Positions 11,535 to 22,535 of a DNA stretch of 64,000 bases are shown piece after piece (the stretch's first letter is position 1; each line of letters starts with the position of its first letter). Source of the DNA: Gracilinanus agilis (Eukaryota); assembly GCF_016433145.1 (NCBI RefSeq), contig NC_058133.1:256020801-256084800 (forward strand), read 5' to 3'. Position numbers and translations under genes: made by a program. The notes below the pieces were generated by a model. The model saw nothing but the letters and a program-made list of their open reading frames with translations. It was not told where the DNA came from and did no database searches.

Positions 11535-14500
11535 GATGATAAAGCCTGGGGGAAGGGAGAAGATTGAGTAAAAGATTGTATGTCAAAGATTGTATCAGGA
11601 TTATTTTCAATAATGCACTATTCTTCCTAATCATCCATCTGATATTAACATGACAAACTAGAGTGCTTAATAATTCTTTTAATTTCTACCAAGCAAGAGG
11701 CCAAGTGGCTATTTAGCCACTCTTAGTGATCCAGAAATGAAGAAACTTGAGACTGTAATCACTAAAAAGAGAAGTGAGGGCACAACATATGGTTATATAT
11801 GTTTATAAGATGTGAACACCATTGCTGGAAATATTTCTTTCCTTTCCATATTCATCCCCAGGCTGTAGATAAAGGGCCCAAGACCCAAGGTCCTAAAATA
11901 ATATGCCTTTAAAAGGCTAATTTTATGTCAGATGAATCTGACTGTTCCCAAAACACAAACATCGTATTAGATATTTGGTTAAATATTCCTAGATCTGAAT
12001 ATGGTTCATTTATTCTTAGATTCCCACCTAGATAAACAAGTCTTAAGAACTGGGAGCTATCAACATCAGGTTTCAATATTTCTGTTCTAAATTATTCTTA
12101 TAAATTTAGCTTAGGGGATGGGAAATACAGTGAAGTCCTTAAAAAGTTATCCTCCTAAGGATTCAGGCATCACCCAGTACATAGGTAGAATGTGATAGAT
12201 TACATTGATAATACTGGGAACAAGGAACAAATTTAAAATTGGGAAAACAGTATGGGAAAGAGGTAGAAGCAGAGACATTTAAGAAGCTATAAATTAGAGA
12301 AGTTTGCTCTCTTATCTCATATAGAATAAAAGTTTGGGCTACATGTACAGTTATTTATTAATAACAAATCAATAATAAAAATATTTTGGTCAACTTGAAA
12401 ATTTCAGAAGTAATGATGGTAATCAAAGAATTTCATCAGCTTCCTCAATTTCCAAGGCCTATGTATAGGAATTTATGAACTGAATATAAAATAAGGGAGC
12501 CAGGAGTGAAAAAATGACATTTAAAAAAAAGTAGTTCTCTTCTATTTCTTCATCAAAAGACAGTTATGAAAGGAAGAATTGCTATAAGAGACAAAGATTA
12601 GGGTACGAATAATTTCTATGAAAGATTCTACAAATTATGTAAGGTTAGATAGGAGATAAGCTTAGGATAGGGTTTTCAAACAATATTTCTCCAAACAAAG
12701 GCTCTTTTGAATCAGAGGAATATCTTTGTACTGGGTCCAAGGGTGATATAAGCTTTATTGCTTATTTTCTATGACTGCCCACGGCCTACCCCCAACATCT
12801 GTAAGAAAGTGCAGATATGTCTCAAGAGAAAAGGTGGTTTTCCTTCTTGTCCCTTGAGGAAACCTATAGTTTATCCAATTTTAAGAAAGTAAACTTAGAG
12901 GCAAAAAGGCTACTTTTTGAAAACAAAGAAATGTGCTTTTAAGGTCAGAATCCTTAAGATGATTCGGAAGACAAAAGCCAAGTATTAACACTCAAACTTT
13001 ATCTCTTATCTTCCAGCTCTCCCAAGTGAGTAACTTATGAGTGAATAAAAGAGGAGCAGAAGGGCCATGAGAACCAAAAAATAAGAGATATGGGGAAAGA
13101 CATTTGTAGAGAACCATTTCTTGGACTCTGCAACTTGATGCACTGAATTTAAGATATAGAAATGAGGGGGAAATTCTGAAAAGTTAATAGAGCTTTGGAA
13201 ATTGTAAGGGATTTAAAAAAGTTCCTGTTGAATTACCAATGTTGCTTTTTTGTTCCTTCCATGGGGGAAGGAAATAAGCTGGGCCAGAGATCAAAGGAAA
13301 GGAGGGAGCTTTAAATAAAATTTCCCTAATAGAATGAAATTCTGATGTTATCAATTTTTTGGTTTGGCACACTCCTATTAATCCTTATACAAATTTGAAT
13401 GGTCAAAGAGATAAAGGGTTTTCTCTCAAGTAGCATGGGCCAGGATCATAAGATATGCAGAGGCTTTCTGATATGTGAAATTGTAATAGCATTAAATCTG
13501 AATATCATACTAACGACCACCAAGAGACAAGTTAAAAAAGCAAAATAATTATGGTCCATACCAGATAATCTGTTGAGGATGAAGTACCTTAGGGTGACAA
13601 GTCCTAACTTTATGAAAGAATACTGTTTTCCATTCTATTCCAATACATACTTGACCTCTACTTATCTATTGAAGAACCAGGTACAAGGAACACTTAAGAT
13701 TCTTTCCATTCCCAAATCACTGACCCTTTCCTACAAAAAGCTAGGCCTGCTACCCCAACTAGATTATCTTCAAGGACCTGAAGGAAACCCCAAATATTAC
13801 CTTCTTTTTATTGAATAGAAAGCAAAATAACCCATTAGCTTCAAGCTACAAGATTAATGCCCATCAAAATAAATTCAAATAGGAACGGAAAATAACTTCT
13901 AACCTATACAAAAAGCTAAGCAATGGAGAGAAGAGAGAACAGCAGAAATTAGATGTAGCCATCAGAGAAAAGTGTCATGTTCACCTCCATCCCAAGTCTA
14001 ATCTCAAAGAAGTGAGTAGTTTTAAACAATTACCATAAAAAAGTTTTCATGAGAACCTGTCACTACCACTGGAGATAGGAGATAACCTCCCAGGAAAACT
14101 GTAGCTTTAGACCAAATAAAGTTCAGCATTCAGTTAAACCTACAAATTTACTTTCAGGTACCATAAAGGACATCTTGTGGTGGGGGAGGGAGAAGCAGAA
14201 CCAGTGTGCCACTGAACCAGAAAAGAACAAAGTAAGAGTTAAATGTTCCTACTCTAGGACTATAGCAGGAAACTCAAGACACAATGGAATGACATCTCTT
14301 AATTGATATGAAGTTATGGACTTCCAAATTCATAATGATAACTGGTTATTAAAAATACTCTTGTTTTAGAGATTGGTATGTAAAAATCAGGAGAGTAAAT
14401 GAGCTTGAGGTAATTTCTGGAAAAAAAGGGTCCAAAAATGAAGTCAAATGAGCTCATTCCCTTAAAGAATGGGAAAACTTACAAAAAATATGGAGTAGAA

Positions 14501-17500
14501 GTGGGAAGAAAATGGAGAAAAACTCTTCACTCCTCTGGGAGAGAAGCCAGCCAGATTCATGCATCCCAATAAGCAGGCCAACTTTCCTGGGGGAGCAGGA
14601 AGAGAGTCCCTGACCAAAGAAGTAAACAAAATAAAAATAAAACAAATCCCTACTCTCTCAGAGACTTTACTCTCATAGCCACCCTAATACAGGATTCTAA
14701 TACCTGTTGCCAGATTCTCATTATACAGATTGGAGTGCTTTATCTTTTGGCTTTCCTTTTAAAAAGCTAGGAAAGCTTGGGGCAGCACACAGAAATGAGT
14801 CCTTAAGGGTATGCAAAGGATCCAGCCTTGAAATCTTATTCTATTCTGTTGATTTCACTAATGATGGAATAAAAGACTGTGTTAATCAACTGGTTGGAGT
14901 AAAAGTAAACTCTAAATTTCATTATTACTAAGAGGATGAGTGGGTCCAGGGTTAACCCACATTTAACTTCAAAGTGAGATCTCTTAAATATTGCCTATCC
15001 CAAAGATACAATTATTTCCTTTTAACAAGAGGGGAAAGGATGCCATGTTTAGCATGGGTCATATTCTATTGTATTTCTGGACAAATTTTGTTATTGGCCT
15101 AAAATTCACATTGCTTTCCCCCCCTAGAGACTTAAAAGGCACCTGTTATTTGGTGGTCAAATTATTCTGAGTTGTGCCTTGCCCTGACAGAACAACTTAG
15201 TAAGATTACATAGCTAGCTCTTAGGAGAAATACGAATCGTGGCCTATATTCATGCAGCAAAGTTCTGGATTCAGTGTCTTTCAGTACCTGTTCTCTCATT
15301 TATATCCCTACCAGGCTTTTATGCACTTGGATTGCAGGAGGATTCCAGCCTGCTTATCTTTAATAGAGAGAAATGCCAGGATCAATTGTTTTATAAGGCA
15401 GCAAAGGAGCCAATAATATTTAACTCAAGCTTATGATTAGTAAGTAGGTTGGCACTCCCAAGTTGGTTTCTAAAGCTTTTTATTCCTCAACTTTCACACT
15501 GCAGAGAAACTCCCATAATTATCTCCCCAGTCTAGTTTAAAGGAACTAAATGGGGTATTATTTTCACATCCCCAGGCATATAGCAGAGACAATAATTTCT
15601 CCACCATCTAGAGTGCTGGGGGCTAACTAAAACCTCAAAAACAATGGGAGTGTTGATAGGTCCAACATAGGGTGCAAAGTATCTTGGACCTTCTCAAATA
15701 TGAACTTAGGAAATCCTTAAGGGTATTATATACATCCAGCAGAAAATTTGCTGGGGAAGAGAATGATCAAGTTCATAATGGCTTCTGAACTTTGCCATGA
15801 ACCTGAGGATCTTAAAACTTAAAAAGATTTTTGGAAAAGATTTTATAATTTGGGGGGGAAAATAGAGGAAAGGACAGGACACAAACACCAGCCTTGAGTA
15901 CCTGCCATGGCTTGGACATGCACTGGTTGCTACAGCACTGCATGAGTTGAAAATGGAGAACAGAACATTGTTTCCATTATTAGCTAGAAGTTTGGGCGGG
16001 AGAAAAAAAGGAAAAAAAATCCAAAAAAAAAAATGATTCTTTGGAAAACAGAAATGAAGGTTGTGAAATGTAATTAATACCAGAAAGGTTTTGCTTACCA
16101 GAAAACGAAGCTTGACTCCCCCTGCCTTGAGTTTACAACTGCGGCCTTTTTCCTAAAGATTCACTCCTCATCCTAGTACCAATGTACAGGAGGCTAAGCA
16201 ACTGGAGGTGGTACAGCACGGAACACAAAAGTTTACCCCAAAAACCAGAAAAGATGGGAAGGAGGAAGATGGGAAGTTTAGAGGAAAACCTTCTAGCACC
16301 CACCCTTACCCCTCAAAAAGGTGAAAATGTCCCCAGACTAAGGTTTGGCTCTAATAAAAGCCTAACAATGGAAATTCATATTTAGACCAGAGATTTAATC
16401 TTTCCTTTCCAGACTTGTAAACTCACCCAGATTACTTTTATCCTTTGGGCTCAGAGCTACTTTAGGATAAGGAAAAGAAATGGGTAAACTCCATTCTGTT
16501 TCCCAAATGTGTACATGTAAAGGAATTCCTAGGATATTGTATACAGAAGAAAAACTGGTCCTGTTGCTAAGCCTCAAACCTACCCACAGGCACCCCCTGT
16601 AGAAGAGAAGCAACTCCTACAGACCTAACAGATTTCTACTGGCTTGTTGGATAAAAAGGGGTGTTTTGTGAAAGTTAAAAGAACAGAAACAATTAAGATC
16701 AAATCTGTAGAGATAGAAAAAGAAGATAATCAAGTCCCAGGCTCCATTCCTCCCAAGTTTGAGCATGCCTCAAAAGGCAAAAACTCAGGGGGTGGAGTTT
16801 CAGGAGGGTGGAGAGGAGTGAAGGAAAGCGGATTACATCACCTTTCCAGACTGCTCCTCCCCCTTTAACCAACCTCCTAAACCAGCCCTATGCTCCGGCT
16901 GGCAAGAGGGAAGAGGAGGGAGAAAAACAACAAAGCAGGGACGCCATCTTGCAATGGAGAAGAGACCCAAGGAGGAAAAAACATCTACGGTTTGCCGTAA
17001 AGGTTACAGTACAAACAGCCCATTAACACCCGTTCCCAGTTTTAAAAAAGAAACAAAACAAAACAAAAAACACCCCCCCCCAAACTGTGTTTAACTTTTT
17101 AAACCTCATTTGATTTGGCAAGAACTTTGTAAAAACAAAGGCAATTAAAATGTTACTTAAAAGTTTCTCCTGCATGGAGTAGGGTAAGAATTTGCAGTTG
17201 AGGGTCAAAACTGCTAATACAGCCCACCCCCGTTCTATACTACAGATAAAGGGGGAGGGTATATGGGCCCCTCCCAACAAAGGAGGCCAAGGTGGGAAAA
17301 GGACAGGAGAAAAATGGGTAAAGACACAACCTGCAACGCCGCTCAGAAGAGACAAAAGGACAAGGAAAAGTCGCCATATTGAAGCAGGGAAGAAAAAAAA
17401 ATTCCTTTTAACGACACAAATCTTTTAGAAATCTAGCATTCAATTGCACTAAATGGCCTTTAAAAATTACACGCCTTAATTCCCCACATTGCCCCCCCCC

Positions 17501-18257
17501 AAATTTCCACCCCCTGTAACTGCACCCATTTAAAAAATCAAGTTAAAGGTTATAACCATTTTTTTCTTCTTTAAAAAAAAATCTGCAAACTGCAACAATT
17601 ACAAGACATTCTTTACCTTCCCAACTAACACTTTTGGATGTATTGGCACTACCCTGGTTTTAAGTGTCTTGCAATCTTTATTCGTAGATTGCCACCTATG
17701 TAAAGCACACAAATATATATACCTCAAGCAAATTACATTAAAATATAAAGAGAGGATTTTAACCATTAAGTCGTAGCCAGCTACTTTCTAATATTATATC
17801 TGCGCATCTCCTTACCCTGCAATCTTTATGTACAGATTGCTTATTAATCTGGCAAATTGAAAGGCGCCCCTGCTTGTCTCACACACAAAGAAGTGGTACT
17901 TTTAGGCCACAAGATCCACGTCTTTTGTATGTGAGCTCATTAACCCTTCCGAAAGACTGCTGGCATCGAGAGGAAGGGATCCCATTCCTCCTTATAAAAA
18001 GAAATCGAACTCTTATGGCTTTGGCAGTCTGGAAAATTGGCTGGATTACCAAGGGTTAACCATCAAGAAAATCCTCACTTGTCGGCCCCCCCACCCTCTC
18101 CGTGCCTGCACCAGGGCAGGGAAGAGGGAGGTGGTAGGGGAGAGAGAACAAGACTTTTAAGACCTAATGTTTTTTGTTTTTTTTTAATGGAGACTCAAGC
18201 GACCGGATTGGTCGTTCTCCAGCTCAATTATTTTTTGTCTACGATCTCATTTCTTCC

Positions 18258-18388
18258 NNNNNNNNNNNNNNNNNNNNNNNNNNNNNNNNNNNNNNNNNNN
18301 NNNNNNNNNNNNNNNNNNNNNNNNNNNNNNNNNNNNNNNNNNNNNNNNNNNNNNNNNNNNNNNNNNNNNNNNNNNNNNNNNNNNNNNN
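18258..18388. other. Assembly gap (131 N)
   Basis: Run of N bases seen directly. Confidence 1.
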
Positions 18389-18851
18389 AAAAAATAAAAC
18401 CAACCAGGACCCAAAGCTTAATTACTTGGGGGACCTCATTGGATCAAAAAGTCTTTTAAAAAATAAAGCCAACTCAGGATTCATTACCCACTCCACTTAA
18501 GGAGAGGGTCTTAGAAACAAAAACAAAAACAAAAACAAAAAACTGAGTGGATTCAAAAAGGAGACGATGGATGGGCAGATTTGGCGGGAGTTGGGAGTTG
18601 GAGTAAAGGTGGTTGATTATTTTTGATAGATTTTGTGGTGATGGTCCTTCAGCCACAGATTTGAGTCCCAAGAAGCTTGGGCTGGGAGAGGGGACGGGAA
18701 ACAAGATAGGGTGATGGGGCAGAGAAGACACAAGTGGTTGGGTTGGTAGCTGCTGCTTCCCCCCCCCTCGAAGGATCCTTTAGATTTAGATGCTGTTACG
18801 GCTGCTTCTTTTTTCCTCGTGGCCGGGCCGTTTCCTCCGATTAAATTCGAA

Positions 18852-19124
18852 CCTGGGAAGAGGAAATAAGGGAGGAAACGAAAACGTCATTATTACTGGC
18901 TACAATATTTTCTACGCCTCGTTTTCAACCTAACAGGCTTCCCCAGAAGCACCCTCCAGCCTCCAAAATCTAAGAAAGATTAAAATAAGCTCCATTGTCG
19001 CCCGCCGCCATTTCGCTACTCTACCACTACAGAGCCCCGCAACATACCAACCGACATATAACCCGTACTCACCTCTAAACGAACCCCAGAATGGCGGCGG
19101 CTCGCTCGGAAGACGCCTTTTATA
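18852..19124 (-). other. PPP1R10: PPP1R10 5'-UTR exon 1 / intron 1 / start of non-coding exon 2
   Basis: TATAAAA on - strand at 19124-19118; strong donor GAG|GTGAGT (exon ends 19073); strong acceptor TTATTTCCTCTTCCCAG| (exon starts 18852). The 3' end of exon 2 is unresolved and may lie in or near the N gap. Confidence 0.6.
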
Positions 19125-19730
19125 CAAGGGCACCGCCCCGCGCACACTAGCGCGCTCACGAGATACTGACACCTCGCGCCATTGTGCGCGAGGCGCAAGC
19201 TAATTGGTCAACCACATCAAGGATCCACAAGCTGATTGGCTGTCCTACCATAACCTACGCTCCGCCTATCCCTCAACTCACTCTTCCGCTTTCCACACCC
19301 AACCCTCGGCTCGCGACTAGGATTGCGACGATTGGTTGGGACCCGCCCTCTCTTCTTTCCCTGATCTTCTTCCTCCCCACCCTTTAGGCGTCAAGCCTTA
19401 CGCTAGGTTGGCCCAACTGGCCTCGCGCATGCGCACTAGTCGCACCAGGGTCCAAAATCAACCGCAAAATTATTCAGAAGCACAAGATTCAGTAGTGGTT
19501 CTAGGATCCATAGCGAACTGGCTAAAGCAATTGTAATTTTGATAGCGAATTCTATTGTGACGCAGTTGAAATTGGTCGTCTTCGCTCCTACGCCCCTACT
19601 GGCGCATGCGCATCTAGTCACATCCCAGCATTGCGCGTTCGTCGCATTAGTCCCACCCAGCTTTCTTACGGACATGCGCAGTTTCTTCTGGTCCCCATTC
19701 CTCCCTTAGCCGTACGCCAAGATGGCATCC
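19000..19730. promoter_or_regulatory. Bidirectional CpG-rich promoter of PPP1R10 and MRPS18B
   Basis: CpG-rich; TATA (- strand, 19118-19124); GC box 19130-19139; ATTGG/CCAAT at 19203, 19235 and 19331; NRF1-type GCGCATGCGCA at 19425-19435 and 19602-19612, partial at 19673-19680; YY1-type CGCCATTT/AATGGCGGC near 19006 and 19090 and AAGATGGC over the MRPS18B ATG. Confidence 0.88.
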
Positions 19731-22503
19731 TCTCTCCTAACCCTGCTACTTAGGCGGCTCCCGGGCCTCACACCTATCGAAGGTGTCCGCTGGGTGCAGG
19801 TATCTATGCAGTTTCCTCTCTACCGCTCTTTTTCCCCTTCGCAGGATGCGGCCCTGGTTAAAGTTGGCTTCGGCTGCCTGTCTTCTCCTTCCCGCCCGGC
19901 CCGGAAGGAGCTTCCTTCTAGGGTCGGGAAAGGAAGGAGAAAGCTTACCGCTTTCCTGTCTAGATAGTTTTGGCTATACCACTACCTACTCTCTTGCGTC
20001 TTGCCCCCTGGACTTGGTGCGCATGCTGAGGGGTGCTACATAGTTCCTGAGAGTTGTCTCTTTCCTGAGTACTTTTTACATGTTCCCATGGCAACAGGCA
20101 ACAAGGGGAATATGGGTGTGCTGCGTTGCCATGGTGGCCTAGCAGGAGCCCTTCTCTTTCCACGTGGCCGAAGCACCCCCCCACATACACACACTCTTTA
20201 TCTTTGCAAGCACTGTTTTCATAATGTCGGGTAGTGAAGGAGAAAAAAAAGGTTTGACCAAGAAATTCCATTCTTATACTTAATGTAAGCTCTTAAGAAC
20301 TCCTCGAATATTAACTAGCTCCTTCTATCCATTGATACACACATTGTATACAGGCCTAACTAGCTCCTTGAATAAACAACGTTTTAATTCTTGGATACCA
20401 GGAGCGGCCCTTGATGCTTCTGACATTTTAAATGGTGCTTATGATCAAGTTAACACTGATGTATTTATCTCTACTATGGATGTAGAGAGGATATGAGAGG
20501 CTTAACAAGCAGTTCCATCTTGTCCTGAAGGTCTCTTTCCAGTCAGACTACTATCCACAACCCTTCTAGAGAACTTTGGGATCCAAATATTACTTCCCCA
20601 GCTCCCTGCTGCCCAGGTATCTTGAACCCCATGGCATTACTACTCACCACTTTGAAGGTCCTTAGTTGGGGTTAAGGGGGAGGGCTGCTTCCCACAGTTG
20701 CTATTCCCTGAAATGGGGCAAGTTAGCATCAATGGTGAATTAGTTATGGTCATTATGGGGTTAATTACAGGGCTGAGGCCTTTGATCTCAGCGTTGGGAC
20801 TCAAATTGTTCACTCTTCTGGAATGGGAAACTGATTTTTATAAAGCAGGATAGGACCAATGATTCAGAGACAAGAGTAGAGATGATGAACATATGTATAT
20901 CACAAGTATTCTGTGATCTTAATGTAGCAACCTTTTCCTGGATACTTTATGCAACTCTTAGCAACTTAGGTATCCCTTTCCTTTAATTACCTGAAACAGC
21001 TACCCAGTTTATTCCCCCCCTGACATCATTTTCTTTTCTAGGAATATAGATTTCTTGTATCCTTAATGTTCTCTTCTTTCTGTTCAAATAGATGAGATAG
21101 GAATGATCTTTTAATAACTTAAAACTGCACTAAGACTTTTGGGACACCTCTCTCAGAATCTAATTTACCTATTTGTCATCTCACATTACTTCATCACCTT
21201 TGGGCCTTTTGCTAAGATCAAAGTGTACTTTCTGTACATTCTTCCTATACATCACTATATAAACTTTGACACCTTTACTGTACCTCAAGAATTCTTGAGG
21301 GACAGATAGGGAATGACGAACTAGATATTTAATTTCCCTCCTAAACCTTCCCCCTTACTCTCTTTTCATAGGCTACTCCTCGGGCACTGTGTACCAAAGC
21401 TCCCCCTGAGGAAGAATCTTCCACCCCAGTCTCTCCTTATCAGGATGCTCCCTGGGAATATCTGGAGACAGAAGGTACATATCATCATAAGGAAAATGGG
21501 AAGAAGGAAAGGAAAATGTAAAGACTAAGGGAAGGCAGAGTAACCAATTCAGAAGATTGTGATGGGTAGAACCTAAAGGGAAATGCTCTCTCTATCCAGT
21601 TATTCCTCTTCTCAACTTTTATGTGCACTATATTCTATACTTCTTACCTCAACTTTTTCACACATTATTCCTTGTACCTTTTTACATGTTGAATTTCTAT
21701 ATATCCTCTTCTATCTCTATTCTTCTCAAGTAGTGCCTCTTTCATATATAATGTTTTGGGATTTTGACATACTTATCATTTATATTGTATATTATAGTTA
21801 ACAGTATTTGTTTCCTATAGAATTTAAGTTCTATGAATGCAAGAAAATGAGTGTTTTTGCTAAATTTTATGTCTCCCCCAGAATTTAACTCTATACCAAA
21901 TGCTTAATAAATATTTTAGTAAGAATACAAAGGCGCCATCGCCAGGGAAAAATTATTAAAATAGAGCAAAAGTTGAAAATGGTCAGTATAAAAGAGAAGA
22001 GCAAAAAAAGTAGACTTAAAAAAAAGCTCTCTGGAAAAAATAGAGGGAAAGATTACCACCAAGTTAGATGTAAAAAATACTACTCAAGGGGGCATCTGGA
22101 TGGTTTAGTACAGTTATGGTCATACTACAGCCAGATGCAGCCCCCTGAAATGCTCTATCCAGAGAAGGGACATTATTTCTAATCTGACGAATACAATGAG
22201 TAGGATACAATACAATGAAACTTCCAAAGAATTGCCTTAGAAACAGACTGACAGATGAGCATTTCCTTTCCTTTGGCCCCCCTCTTTAAAAAGTTTGCCC
22301 ATCACTGGTTTAGTAGATTGAGAGCTAGGCCCAGAGACAGAAGGTCCTGGGTTCAAATGTGACCTCAGACACTTCCTGTGTGTTCCTGGGCAAGTCACTT
22401 GACCCCCATTGCCTAACCCTTACCACTCTTCTGCCTTCGAGCTAATACATAGTATTGATTCCAAGATGGAAGGAAAGGGTTATTTAAGGGGGGGGGGGGG
22501 AGG

Positions 22504-22535
<32 letters not shown>

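Noticed and set aside
19800-19808. GTATCT donor of MRPS18B intron 1 as a possible U12 intron
   Set aside because: GTATCTATG does not match the U12 consensus GTATCCTT, and no U12 branch site was seen.
18930-20271. Several 60-103-aa ORFs across the bidirectional promoter
   Set aside because: Expected in GC-rich promoter DNA; only the MRPS18B first exon has protein and splice support.
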